The notes beneath the pieces were generated by a model. It had not been told where the DNA came from. It made no database searches and saw nothing but the letters and a program-made list of their open reading frames with translations. A program made the translations under genes and the position numbers. Positions 45,511-55,562 of a stretch of DNA of 64,000 bases are shown in pieces; within the stretch, counting starts at the first letter, position 1, and every line of letters begins with the position of its first letter. Origin of the DNA: an uncultured Chlamydiales bacterium (lineage in GTDB: Bacteria > Chlamydiota > Chlamydiia > Chlamydiales > JAAKFR01); assembly GCA_963699155.1 (NCBI GenBank), contig OY969414.1, forward strand, positions 1,093,327 through 1,157,326, read 5' to 3'.

Positions 45511-46633
45511 ACATACTTTTTAGCCAGATGGCAAAGAGGGGATCATCGAAGACGACTATTCCTTTGGCAGAGGCTTCTTCGTCGAGAACTTCTTTATCCT
45601 TCAATGCTTTGATTGCAGAGGCCATGGCGGCGCCACTAGAAATTTCATATTTCTCGTGTAGCTCTCGGGAAAAAATTTGTTTTGACTCAATGGCTGCCAG
45701 TCTCAAAACCCTTTGTTGGATGGGAGTTAAGGAATTGAGTAGCGTTTGATATGCGTAAGCATTTTGTCGCACAACGATCTTCAAAATCTCTTCCACTTTA
45801 GCAATAGTCACATGAGGGATACCCTGAGCAACCAAATGAAAACAGACCATCTGTACATAATTTGGAGTATCTTGAACCAAGTTTCGTAAGTGGTCGATCG
45901 CGCTTCTTTCTGCCTTAATTCCGACTTGTGAAAAGCGTTGAATGATCCATTCGCTAAACTCTTCGCCGAAATTAGGGAATTCGATGGGCTGACAGAAGCG
46001 ATATAAAGGCCTCTTGGGATTATTTAACATATCATAGATAACGCTTCTTCGAGATCCTGTGAAGATGAAGGAACTATTTTTCAAATGCTGCACGTGAGTC
46101 CGCAGTGTCGCTTCGAGCCAACCCTCATCGTCGATCTCAGCAATCTTTTGAAACTCATCGATGGCGACAATGATCCCTCCTTCATATTTTGCGAGTCCTG
46201 CTAAAACATTTTGAATTGCCTCTTTAACGTCTTTTTGGATGGCACTCTCTAAAGTAAAACCGACGGCGGGATAGCCTGTGTGAGAATCGATACCCGCTGA
46301 CAGAGAGGGGCGGACTTTGGAGAGCGTCTCTTTGATTGAACTCATTTTACTCTGCTTTTGACGAAAGGCGCGCAGAAACTGATGCAGAAAATCGCGATGG
46401 GAGGTGATGTTAAAAACATCGACAAAGAGAGTCGGTTTATTTTCTTTTTCAAATTTTTTGAGAACACTGAGGAGAAAAGAGGTTTTCCCTATCCGTCTAG
46501 GGCCTATCAGAACAACAGGAATGGAATTTGAAAGAAATTGAGAGACAAATTGCTCTAAACCGGGCCTTGAGAGATAAAAATCACCCTGAACAGGATCACC
46601 GAATTTGAAGGGGTTGGGGGCTAGCTTTGACAT
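45497..46633 (-). CDS. AAA-type ATPase of the archaeal-ATPase/DUF234 family with C-terminal wHTH
   Basis: 378 aa with NPFKFGDPV...F.SRPGLEQ and Walker A IGPRRIGKTS. The C-terminus is wHTH-like (QQRVLRLAA...). Confidence 0.7.
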   Translation of the reverse strand: MSKLAPNPFKFGDPVQGDFYLSRPGLEQFVSQFLSNSIPVVLIGPRRIGKTSFLLSVLKKFEKENKPTLFVDVFNITSHRDFLHQFLRAFRQKQSKMSSIKETLSKVRPSLSAGIDSHTGYPAVGFTLESAIQKDVKEAIQNVLAGLAKYEGGIIVAIDEFQKIAEIDDEGWLEATLRTHVQHLKNSSFIFTGSRRSVIYDMLNNPKRPLYRFCQPIEFPNFGEEFSEWIIQRFSQVGIKAERSAIDHLRNLVQDTPNYVQMVCFHLVAQGIPHVTIAKVEEILKIVVRQNAYAYQTLLNSLTPIQQRVLRLAAIESKQIFSRELHEKYEISSGAAMASAIKALKDKEVLDEEASAKGIVVFDDPLFAIWLKSMFNDL

Positions 46634-46644
46634 TCTTTAATTTG

Positions 46645-46701
46645 TAACAAATCTGTTAATTATTGGCAATTCATCTTAGCTAACAAATCTGTTAGTTATT
46701 G
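46645..46701. promoter_or_regulatory. two 21-bp direct repeats just upstream of the ATPase gene (candidate operator)
   Basis: taacaaatctgttaattattg (46645-46665) and taacaaatctgttagttattg (46681-46701) match at 20 of 21 positions with a 36-bp period. They begin 12 nt upstream of the start codon at 46633. Confidence 0.5.
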
Positions 46702-46810
46702 AAGAGTGGAGGATTCACTGAGAGATGGGGGGGTGCAAGTGAAAATTTATCTTTAAAATTTAATTTTTATGACGTAAGATGAAGATGAGGAGTAAGATAA
46801 ATACCGGGAG

Positions 46811-47062
46811 GTGTTTATGCGACTATTAAGAATGCTAGCAGTAATTGGCTTAGCAGCATACTTGGTTTTGCAAGGTCTATTTTTACTCACAGGCTTCGGC
46901 GGCGCTGTCGCTTTAGGCATTGTGGGTATAATCGGACTCATAACCGGCGTCCTCATCTTTGTCTCTTTGGGTCACTGGTTCCGTATGGATAAAGCTGACA
47001 TCAAAAGCTCAGTTGATAAAGAAAACATCTTCAACCGAGATAAAGACAGACACGCCGCATAA
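46811..47062 (+). CDS. small membrane protein, hypothetical
   Basis: 83 aa with two hydrophobic helices. GGAGG lies 5 nt upstream of the start. Confidence 0.4.
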   Translation: MFMRLLRMLAVIGLAAYLVLQGLFLLTGFGGAVALGIVGIIGLITGVLIFVSLGHWFRMDKADIKSSVDKENIFNRDKDRHAA

Positions 47063-47079
47063 GAATGCTTAGAGCGAGC

Positions 47080-47121
47080 GGGGGTAACGGACACATCGTG
47101 TCGTTACTCCCCTTTTTTTTT
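47080..47121 (+). terminator. imperfect hairpin plus T9 tract after the small membrane protein gene
   Basis: ggggtaacggacac / gtgtcgttactcccc (bulged stem) followed by ttttttttt. The T-run overlaps the 3' end of convergent tkt. Confidence 0.5.
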
Positions 47122-49137
47122 CTTGAGGAGTCTCTCAGAGTTCTCGACAACTTTTTCGACCGTCAAACCTAAATGTTTGAAAATCTCTTTGTAGGGCGCG
47201 CTAGCGCCGAACCGCTCGATGCCCATCGCAATTCCCTCTTCGCCAACCCATTTCTCCTTCCATCCTAGGGGATGGGCCGCTTCGATCGAGAGGCGAGCTT
47301 TGATATGTGCAGGAAGGACCGATTCCTGATAGTCACGCGTCTGCTGCTCAAAGAGCTCCCAGCTGGGGAAGCTCACCACTCTGGCATCGATCTTCTTTTG
47401 ATGGAGCTTTTCTTGCGCTTCTAAGATCAGTTGAACCTCTGAGCCGCTTGCCATCAAGATGAGATCGGGCTGGTGCCCCTTTTCCTTCGATAAAATATAA
47501 GCCCCTTTCAAGGTATTCTCAGCACTTCCCATCTTTTCCCGATCGAAAATAGGCACGCTCTGACGTGTCAAGATGAGCATGGTCGGCTTTTTTCTCTCTA
47601 GAGCCGCTTTCCAGGCATAGAAGGTTTCATTCGCATCTGCCGGACGAATCAAGCACATATTTGGCATGGCGCGGAAGGAGGCAAGGTGCTCTACAGGTTG
47701 GTGGGTGGTGCCATCTTCACCAAGGCCTATGGAATCATGCGTCATCACATAGATCAGAGGGAGTTCCATGATACAGGCGAGACGGATCGAGGGTCTCGCA
47801 TAGTCGGTGAAGATGAAGAAGGTTGAGGCAAAGGGAAGAATCCCTCCATGGAGGGCTAGCCCAGAGCTGGCTCCGCACATAACATGCTCACGGATACCCC
47901 AGGCGATATTGCGATTTTCGTAGGCTCCCTTCTCGATATATTTCGAACTGGCAATCAAGGTGTCTGTTGAAGGGGCCAGATCGCCGCTCCCTCCCACCAT
48001 CCAGGGTATCCTCTCAGCGAAGAATTGGATCGCTTTTTGAGAGGCTTTTCGCGTGGCCAATGGACCATCAGCTGCTGTCAGCTGGGGTAGAGAGTGATCC
48101 CATCCTTCCGGGAGCTTGCCTTGCAAAGAGAGCTTGAGACGATTTGCAAGCAGGGGAAACTGCTGATGGTAGCTTTCGAAGAGCTTCTGCCAGGCGGCTT
48201 CGACTACTCTCCCGCGCTCTTTCATATCGCTCATATGTTCGACCACTTCGGGAGGGACATAGAATTTTTTATCGGGAGGCCAACCATAGAACTCTTTGGT
48301 GAGTTCGACCTCAGCCTCGCCCAGAGGGGCTCCATGCGCCTCTTTGGTGTCATGCTTATTAGGTGACCCGTAGGCAATGTGGGAGCGGATAATAATCAGA
48401 GAAGGGCGCTCCTTTTCGGCTTGAGCCTTTTGAATCGCCTCGCTGATCGCTTCGATGTCATTCGCCTTTTCTCCCAGGTTTTGGACATGCCAGTGGTAAC
48501 CCTCAAATCGCTTGGGAGTGTCATCGGTGAAGGTGATTTCGGTCTTCCCCTCAATGGTGATGTGGTTGTCATCATAAAAGACGATCAGCTTCCCCAAACC
48601 GAGATGTCCTGCCACACTGGCCGCTTCACTCGATCCTCCCTCCATCAAATCGCCATCACTGCAGAAGACATAGGTATAATGGTCGATCAGATTGAACCCT
48701 TTTTGATTATAAACTGCCCCCAGATGGGCCTCTGCGATGGCTAGGCCGACACTATTGAGTAGCCCTTGCACAAGGGGTCCTGTGGTCGTTTCTATCCCGG
48801 GCGTCATCCCATATTCGGGATGTCCCGGAGTTTTGCTGCCCCACTGCCGGAAGTTTTTAATATCCTCTATTGTGAGGTGATACCCTGACAAGTGGAGAAT
48901 GGCATACTGGAGCATCGATGCATGGCCGCACGAAAGAATGAATCGGTCTCGATTGAACCAGTGGGGATTATGAGGATTGAAGCGCAAAAAACGCTTCCAG
49001 AGCACATAAGCCAGGGGTGCGAGCGCCATCGGCGTTCCCGGATGGCCCGAATTTGCTTTCTGGACAGCATCCATGGCCAATGTCCGTATCGTGTTAATGG
49101 TCAGCTGTTCAATGGAAATTGACTGTGTCGTTGGCAT
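47104..49137 (-). CDS. tkt: transketolase
   Basis: 677 aa, full length, with SGHPG, GDG.LMEG and the remaining transketolase signature blocks. Confidence 0.95.
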   Translation of the reverse strand: MPTTQSISIEQLTINTIRTLAMDAVQKANSGHPGTPMALAPLAYVLWKRFLRFNPHNPHWFNRDRFILSCGHASMLQYAILHLSGYHLTIEDIKNFRQWGSKTPGHPEYGMTPGIETTTGPLVQGLLNSVGLAIAEAHLGAVYNQKGFNLIDHYTYVFCSDGDLMEGGSSEAASVAGHLGLGKLIVFYDDNHITIEGKTEITFTDDTPKRFEGYHWHVQNLGEKANDIEAISEAIQKAQAEKERPSLIIIRSHIAYGSPNKHDTKEAHGAPLGEAEVELTKEFYGWPPDKKFYVPPEVVEHMSDMKERGRVVEAAWQKLFESYHQQFPLLANRLKLSLQGKLPEGWDHSLPQLTAADGPLATRKASQKAIQFFAERIPWMVGGSGDLAPSTDTLIASSKYIEKGAYENRNIAWGIREHVMCGASSGLALHGGILPFASTFFIFTDYARPSIRLACIMELPLIYVMTHDSIGLGEDGTTHQPVEHLASFRAMPNMCLIRPADANETFYAWKAALERKKPTMLILTRQSVPIFDREKMGSAENTLKGAYILSKEKGHQPDLILMASGSEVQLILEAQEKLHQKKIDARVVSFPSWELFEQQTRDYQESVLPAHIKARLSIEAAHPLGWKEKWVGEEGIAMGIERFGASAPYKEIFKHLGLTVEKVVENSERLLKKKKGE

Positions 49138-49206
49138 CTATCTCATCCAAATTGTTTTATTTTGCAGTATAGAATTGGGAGATAAAATGGCAACCCAATT
49201 GCTTTG

Positions 49207-50181
49207 CTAATCTTTCACGCAGCGAAAGCCGATATGATTCATTCCGGTATCAGGTGCTGTTTTCATGCGGGCGGAGATGCGATAGCCTTTGCAATAGCTT
49301 TTGTGGCAGAGAAATGAGCCGCCGCGATTTACCTTTTTGGGAGCGTAGGGCTCTTTGGGATCGAAGCTTGATTCTGGGCCCTGAGGGTTGTCTGAGAGCT
49401 CTTTTTGCTTCAGTTGGCTATAATAACTGGCATGATAGAAATCGGAACACCACTGCCAGACATTCCCTGCCATGTCGTAGAGTCCATAGGAATTAGGGTG
49501 GAAGGTCTTGACTGCTGTTGTGCCAAAATAGCCATTGGGCTTCGTACTCCTATAGGGAAATGAACCATGCCAGAGGTTAGCTTGAGGCTCTTCTTCTGAA
49601 AATTCCTCATTCCCCCAAACATAGGTGATCTCGGTCTGGCCTCCATAGGCTGCATATTCCCATTCGGCCTCTGTCGGTAACCGTTTCCCTGCCCAAGTGG
49701 CATAGGCAGCGGCATCATACCAGGAGATCTGAACAACAGGATGCTCCTCTTTTCCTTCAATGCTGCTCTCGGGCCCCTCAGGGTGCTTCCAATTAGCGCC
49801 TGGTACCCAATCCCACCAGATGCGGTGATTGTTTAGAGCGACAGGGCCGGGCATCGGCTTAAAAACGAGAGAAGCGGCCATGAGCGATTCAGGAGAAGGA
49901 GGCTTGGTCCCTGGCGGAACCTGACTCATGATCTCTTCCAGGCTAGCTGCTTTTTCTGCGGTTGTGACGTAACCGGTGGCATCGACAAAGGCTTGGAATT
50001 CTCGATTGGTGACCAAGGCGGCATCCATCCAAAAGCCTTTCACTTTGACGTGATGGACCGGTTTTTCATCTTCATTGGCTTCACGGCTTTCCGACCCCAA
50101 AAGGTGCTCACCACCCTGGATCCAGACCATTCCCGGTGGAGAAGCAATGAGGAGTGAGAAAAAAGAAATGAGAAGAAGCAT
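49207..50181 (-). CDS. formylglycine-generating enzyme (SUMF1/FGE family)
   Basis: 324 aa with a signal-like N-terminus, RLPTEAEWEYAA, NVWQW and RGGSFLC blocks. Confidence 0.9.
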   Translation of the reverse strand: MLLLISFFSLLIASPPGMVWIQGGEHLLGSESREANEDEKPVHHVKVKGFWMDAALVTNREFQAFVDATGYVTTAEKAASLEEIMSQVPPGTKPPSPESLMAASLVFKPMPGPVALNNHRIWWDWVPGANWKHPEGPESSIEGKEEHPVVQISWYDAAAYATWAGKRLPTEAEWEYAAYGGQTEITYVWGNEEFSEEEPQANLWHGSFPYRSTKPNGYFGTTAVKTFHPNSYGLYDMAGNVWQWCSDFYHASYYSQLKQKELSDNPQGPESSFDPKEPYAPKKVNRGGSFLCHKSYCKGYRISARMKTAPDTGMNHIGFRCVKD

Positions 50182-50350
50182 ATTTACTTTAAAAGTTTTT
50201 TATAACATAGGGTGGAATATGAAGCTAAAATATCTAATAGACCTCTTGCGTAACTCGCTTTGCTGGATAAAATTTGCCATTTTTGGGCAGATTTGCAGAA
50301 AAATTTTGAGAGCATGTGTGAACACATGGTCGAAAAATTTTGCTGCAAAG

Positions 50351-52033
50351 ATGCCAAAAAGGGCAATTTTAACGAGCGAATGGAGTTGCGCAAGAGGTCT
50401 AATAAGTCTTGCTCTTCTCTCCTCTTCTCTTATAGGTGCGGAAGCTAAAAAACCGAACATTCTCGTCATTATGGCTGATGATGTGGGTTGGTTCAACATC
50501 GGCGCCTATCACCGGGGAATCATGTCGGGTCAAACCCCCAACCTCGACAAGCTGGCGAAGCAGGGCATGATCTTCACCGATTACTATGCGGAAGCGAGCT
50601 GTACAGCTGGAAGAGCTAACTTCATTACAGGCGAGCTACCAGTCCGCACGGGTCTGACAACTGTGGGACAAGCCGGAGCCGATGTGGGGATACCCGATAG
50701 AGCCTGTACCCTTGCCACAGCCCTCAAAGCTCAGGGGTATACGACAGGGCAATTTGGCAAGAACCATTTAGGTGATCTCAACAAATATCTCCCCACTGTC
50801 CATGGCTTTGATGAATTCTTTGGCTATCTCTACCATCTCGATGCGATGTCAGATCCCTACTGGTTTGATTATCCTCAAGAGTGGATCGATAAAACGGGTC
50901 CACGCAATCTCGTCCACTGCTGGGCGACAAATGTAGATGATCCTACCGAGCAGCCGCGCTGGGGCAGGATCGGTAAGCAGAAAATTGTCGATGAGGGTCC
51001 TTTACCTCCCTTTCCCGATATGAAAAAACAACAAAACTGGCAGGTGGGCCGCCCAGCTAAATACAACATGGAAACCTTTGATGAGGTACTCGCTCAAAGT
51101 TCCAATGATTTCATGGATAAGGCTAAGAAAGAGGGAAAGCCATTTTTTCTCTGGCATAATACCACTAGAATGCATGTTTTCACCTATCTTTCGCCCAAGT
51201 ACCAAGCGTTGATGAATCCCCAGAGCAACTACAATGTCGAAGAAGCGGGGATGGCTCAACTGGATGATTGTGTAGGCAGATTGTTGAAACATCTGGAAGA
51301 GATCGGAGAGGCTGATAATACGATCGTCATCTTTACGACAGATAATGGTGCTGAAGTTTTCACCTGGCCCGATGGGGGGATGACCCCTTTCCGTGCAACA
51401 AAGGGGACAGTTTGTGAAGGCGGATTCCGCGTTCCCTGTATCGTGCGTTGGTCTGGCCATATTCAACCTGGCTCCGTTGAGAATGGGATCTTTTCTGGTC
51501 TCGACTGGTTCCCCACATTAATGGCAGCTGCAGGTAATACCGATATCACCAATCAGCTCCTGAAAGGGGTCCAGCTGGGAGAGCGTACTTACAAGAATCA
51601 TCTCGATGGATATAACCAACTCGACCTCCTCCACGGTAAAGCACCCTCAGCTCGCCATGAGCTCTTTTACTTTGAGGGAGAAAAATTGGGTGCGGTCCGC
51701 GTTGATAACTTTAAATTTCAATTCTTCCAACAACCTTGGGGCTGGCCTGGTGAAAAACTGACCACCAACATGCCTACGATTGTCAACTTGCGCCAGGATC
51801 CATTTGAACGCACCATGTCAATCCGCGGTGAGAGCCTCAATAATTTGGGTGGTGGTTATATGAACGACTTTTTTGCGCGTCAATTCTGGCGTTTTGTCAC
51901 CGTCCAGCAGATTGTCGGCAAACTTGTTTCCACTGCAAAAGAATATCCGCCAATGCAACCATCAGCATCATTTAATCTTTCAGCAATTAAAGAACAAATC
52001 GACGAGATTCTAAAACAACAAGCCGGTCAGTAA
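50351..52033 (+). CDS. arylsulfatase (formylglycine-dependent)
   Basis: NILVIMADDVGW, SCTAGRANFITG (Cys codon 50600-50602) and GKNHLGD. I chose the start MPKRAIL (signal-like). The track start at 50075 would overlap the FGE gene. Confidence 0.88.
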   Translation: MPKRAILTSEWSCARGLISLALLSSSLIGAEAKKPNILVIMADDVGWFNIGAYHRGIMSGQTPNLDKLAKQGMIFTDYYAEASCTAGRANFITGELPVRTGLTTVGQAGADVGIPDRACTLATALKAQGYTTGQFGKNHLGDLNKYLPTVHGFDEFFGYLYHLDAMSDPYWFDYPQEWIDKTGPRNLVHCWATNVDDPTEQPRWGRIGKQKIVDEGPLPPFPDMKKQQNWQVGRPAKYNMETFDEVLAQSSNDFMDKAKKEGKPFFLWHNTTRMHVFTYLSPKYQALMNPQSNYNVEEAGMAQLDDCVGRLLKHLEEIGEADNTIVIFTTDNGAEVFTWPDGGMTPFRATKGTVCEGGFRVPCIVRWSGHIQPGSVENGIFSGLDWFPTLMAAAGNTDITNQLLKGVQLGERTYKNHLDGYNQLDLLHGKAPSARHELFYFEGEKLGAVRVDNFKFQFFQQPWGWPGEKLTTNMPTIVNLRQDPFERTMSIRGESLNNLGGGYMNDFFARQFWRFVTVQQIVGKLVSTAKEYPPMQPSASFNLSAIKEQIDEILKQQAGQ

Positions 52034-52078
52034 CATCGTCAGGGTTGCACAACCCCGAATAAGGGCGAGAATCAACCG

Positions 52079-52684
52079 TTACTTTTTTGGAACTTGCTCT
52101 TTTCTTTGCCAGTTAATCTTACCGGCATAGGTATTCAAGCAGGCTGTTATTTTCGTTAATTTTGTAACCGTTGCTCCTAATTTTGCCGCTTCTTCTTCGT
52201 TATCTGGCGTCATCTCTTGTTTATCCCTTATTACAAGAAAGAGACGCCCTTGTACGAAGTCCTCTTTCTTTACTTCCAAACTGACTTCGTGAAAATGGTG
52301 AATCCGTTTCAGAAAAGCGTTGATCGTTATAATGATATTTCTTATCGGGATGGTGGCTCTGCGATCCTCACGGTATTTATTATCTGTTGGATTGGTGGCG
52401 ACCAGTGTGCGGCTCGGTCCCTTAGTCATAATCCCATAATCCTGAAGCGGCTGAAAAGTTCCCCAACAGGCGACTCCTTTTTCCAATATTCCCTTCATCA
52501 ATGCAGGGTTATACGTTGCCTTAAATAGAAAATTGATGAGATCGTCTAAAGTAGCCCCTTCTTGTTCTGCGATATGTTCAAACATTGTCGTAGGGCAAGA
52601 CTCTTCAGAACATTTCTTCCTAATTTTTGATGCCCGTTCAATTTCTGCAGCTGGGTCAGCGGCTGCTGTAGCTTGGAGTGCCAT
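52079..52684 (-). CDS. hypothetical protein
   Basis: 201-aa clean ORF with no recognised motif. Confidence 0.45.
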   Translation of the reverse strand: MALQATAAADPAAEIERASKIRKKCSEESCPTTMFEHIAEQEGATLDDLINFLFKATYNPALMKGILEKGVACWGTFQPLQDYGIMTKGPSRTLVATNPTDNKYREDRRATIPIRNIIITINAFLKRIHHFHEVSLEVKKEDFVQGRLFLVIRDKQEMTPDNEEEAAKLGATVTKLTKITACLNTYAGKINWQRKEQVPKK

Positions 52685-52835
52685 AACATAAACCTTTGGT
52701 TGAGAGATAATTATGCGATAAATAATAAACTAAGAATAGTTAGCTGTCAAGGAAAATAAGAGAATAAAAGTTTAGTTATTTCAATCTTTTTATAAACTAT
52801 TTTGAAAGTATTTCTTTTTATATATAATTACTTTT

Positions 52836-53612
52836 ATGAAAGCAATTTGGAAAGGGTCGATTGCCTTTGGACTGGTCAATATCCCGATCAATGTCTATCC
52901 CGCATCAGAAGAGCATGAATTAGAGTTTCATATGCTCCATAAGAAGGATTTGTCCCCGATCCGCTTTGCCCGCATCTGCAAGGAAGAAGAGACAGAGGTC
53001 CCCTTTAGTGATATCGTCAAAGGATATGAGTATGAGAAAGGGGAGTATGTTGTTATTGATAGCGAAGACTTTAAGGCAGCAGATGCGAAAAAAACTTCTA
53101 CGATCGATATCCAGCAGTTTACCAATGCTGCGGAGATCCATCCGATCTATTTTGAAAAGCCTTACTACTTAGAACCCGATAAAAAAGCGGGAAAGGCTTA
53201 TCGACTCCTTCATGAAGCCCTCTCTCAGTCAAAAAAAGTCGCCATTGCCAATTTTGTTTTTCGCAATCGCGAACATTTGGGAGTGATTATTCCTGTAGAT
53301 GAAGGGCTTCTTTTAATTCAGATGCGCTATCATAAAGAGATTCGACCCTTTGCTCAGCTAGAGATTAAGAAGGAAAAGGTGACAGCTTCCGAATTGAAAA
53401 TGGCGCTCACATTGATCAATCAGCTCACCTCTTCCTTCAATCCCGAAAAATACCATGATACCTATGTAGAATCTCTGATGAAGGTGATCGAAGGCAAACT
53501 TCATGGTAAAAAAACGCGCAAAGTCAAAACGGAAAAAGTGGCTTATGAAGCACGCGATCTGATGCACCTTTTGCAAGCGAGTATGCAAAAGCCCAAGCGA
53601 CGAGCGCTATGA
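52836..53612 (+). CDS. ku: Ku DNA end-binding protein (NHEJ)
   Basis: 258 aa. MKAIWKGSIAFGLVNIPINVY is the canonical bacterial Ku N-terminus. Basic C-terminal tail. Confidence 0.92.
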   Translation: MKAIWKGSIAFGLVNIPINVYPASEEHELEFHMLHKKDLSPIRFARICKEEETEVPFSDIVKGYEYEKGEYVVIDSEDFKAADAKKTSTIDIQQFTNAAEIHPIYFEKPYYLEPDKKAGKAYRLLHEALSQSKKVAIANFVFRNREHLGVIIPVDEGLLLIQMRYHKEIRPFAQLEIKKEKVTASELKMALTLINQLTSSFNPEKYHDTYVESLMKVIEGKLHGKKTRKVKTEKVAYEARDLMHLLQASMQKPKRRAL

Positions 53613-55363
53613 CTATTCAACCGATGCTCTGTATGCTCATCGATAAACCCTTCGATGACGCGGAGTGGCTCTTCGAGATCAAAATGGATGGTTTTCGTGC
53701 GATTGCAGAGCTAAATGGCAAAAAAGTGAAGCTCTATTCCCGCAATCGCCAATCTTTCAATGAACGCTTTCCGCATATTGTCGACCATTTAGCCTCACTC
53801 AAGCTCCATGCCATTTTGGATGGGGAGATCGCTGCTGTCGATGATGAGGGTGTCTCCCATTTCCAGATGCTCCAACACTATGCTACAGCCCAGCATATCT
53901 ACTATTTTGTCTTCGACATTCTCTATTTGAATGGAAGGGATCTGAGAGAGCTGCCGCTGATCGAAAGAAAGGCGATTCTGAAAAAGGTTCTTGGCAAGGA
54001 TCCACTCATTCACTACCTCGATCATGTCGAAAAGCGGGGCAAAGAGTTTTTCGAGCTCTGTAAGCAGCATGGATTAGAGGGGGTCATTGGGAAAAAGAGG
54101 GAGGGCCACTATCATGAAGGAGAGCGCTTGCGGGAATGGGTCAAGATCAAGGTAGAACAGCGGCAGGAGGTGGTGATTTGTGGCTATACTTCGCCTAAGA
54201 AAAGCCGCAAACATTTTGGTGCCCTTGTGGTAGGGGTTTATCATCAGGGAGAGCTTCACTATGCAGGTCATGTGGGCGGTGGATTTACTGAAAAGAAGTT
54301 GGAAGAGATCAAAAAGCTGCTCTCCCCCTATGTCACCGCTCGTACTCCCTTGAAAAAGGCCCCAAAGTTAGGTGTGGGGGTAACCTGGGTCAAACCGGAA
54401 CTCCGTTGCGAGGTCAAATTCAAAGAGTGGACCAATAGCGGTACGCTGCGCATGCCCATTTTTTTGGGCTTACGAAGTAGGGCAAAGTATGACTTCATCA
54501 CCCATCCCGAAAAAATCCTTTGGGAAAAAGAAAAGATCACGAAAAGGCAGCTCTTAAATTACTATGAAGCAGTTTCTCACTTTCTCCTTCCCTATTTAAA
54601 AGAGCGTCCTGAAAGTCTAAAACGGTATCCTAATGGCGCTGGGGCACCTGCCTTTTTCCAAAAAAATATCAGACGCCCACCAGAATGGGCAGAGACCGTT
54701 TTGGTTGAACATAGCAATAAAACAGTGAACTACCTAATCATTCAAGATGTGAAGAGCCTTCTCTACGCGGTCAATCTCGGCTGCCTCGAAATACACCCCT
54801 GGCTTTCGAGAGTAGAGAGCTTAGGGTATCCCGACTTCTTGATCTTCGATTTAGATCCTGAAGCGATCTCTTTTGATGCTGTCATTGAGACCGCTTTGGC
54901 CCTACACGCTATTTTAGATGGGTTAGGAATTCCCAATTTTTGCAAGACATCGGGAGGGCGAGGGATGCACATCGGCGTCCCTCTCAAAGCGCAATATAGT
55001 TACACTCAGGCCAAACAGTTTGCAGAGCTCGTCGCTATCATCGTCCACCGGAAGCTGCCCAAGATTACCTCGCTGGAAAGAAGCCCTAAAAAGCGGCAGA
55101 AAAAGGTCTACATCGACTGTTACCAAAATAACTTTGGCCAAACCCTCGCAGCCCCTTTCAGCGTGCGTGCGAAAGCGGGAGCCCCTGTTTCCACCCCTCT
55201 AGATTGGAGTGAAGTGGTGCCGGGGATACTCCCTTCCGATTTCCATTTTTTCAATACACTCGAGCGTTTACAGAGGCATCGCGATCCCTTCAAAGGGGTT
55301 TTAGGCAGAGGGATCAATCTTGTAAAAACGATCCCAAAGTTGGAACTATTTGTCTATAAATAG
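53609..55363 (+). CDS. ligD: ATP-dependent DNA ligase LigD (ligase + primase-polymerase domains)
   Basis: 584 aa. EIKMDGFR (KxDG adenylation motif) lies in the N-terminal half. The AEP polymerase motifs FDLDPE and KTSGGRGMHI lie in the C-terminal half. 4-nt overlap with ku. Confidence 0.9.
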   Translation: MTIQPMLCMLIDKPFDDAEWLFEIKMDGFRAIAELNGKKVKLYSRNRQSFNERFPHIVDHLASLKLHAILDGEIAAVDDEGVSHFQMLQHYATAQHIYYFVFDILYLNGRDLRELPLIERKAILKKVLGKDPLIHYLDHVEKRGKEFFELCKQHGLEGVIGKKREGHYHEGERLREWVKIKVEQRQEVVICGYTSPKKSRKHFGALVVGVYHQGELHYAGHVGGGFTEKKLEEIKKLLSPYVTARTPLKKAPKLGVGVTWVKPELRCEVKFKEWTNSGTLRMPIFLGLRSRAKYDFITHPEKILWEKEKITKRQLLNYYEAVSHFLLPYLKERPESLKRYPNGAGAPAFFQKNIRRPPEWAETVLVEHSNKTVNYLIIQDVKSLLYAVNLGCLEIHPWLSRVESLGYPDFLIFDLDPEAISFDAVIETALALHAILDGLGIPNFCKTSGGRGMHIGVPLKAQYSYTQAKQFAELVAIIVHRKLPKITSLERSPKKRQKKVYIDCYQNNFGQTLAAPFSVRAKAGAPVSTPLDWSEVVPGILPSDFHFFNTLERLQRHRDPFKGVLGRGINLVKTIPKLELFVYK

Positions 55364-55562
55364 TTTCAATAAAAATGAACTTTTTTTCTTCTATTGAGAG
55401 AGTTCTGTAAAGCTTCGATAAATAACCAATAAAAGAATAAAGCAGATAATTTTATCTCAGTTCTTTTTGATATAAAATAATTAGTTTATTACATAAAATT
55501 AAATTTAGACATTAGTTAGGATTTTGTTATCCCTCATTTTAAAACAAATAAGGAGAAGATTT

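Noticed and set aside
50075..50350. A long N-terminal extension of the sulfatase ORF (track start 50075).
   Set aside because: It would overlap the divergently oriented FGE gene by more than 100 nt and adds non-sulfatase sequence. MPKRAIL… at 50351 (or possibly MKLKYL at 50219) provides a signal-peptide-like start. Similar extensions were trimmed for truA (2810 to 2657), treZ (60417 to 60342), the BON protein (55524 to 55563) and the NodT lipoprotein (42181 to 42190).
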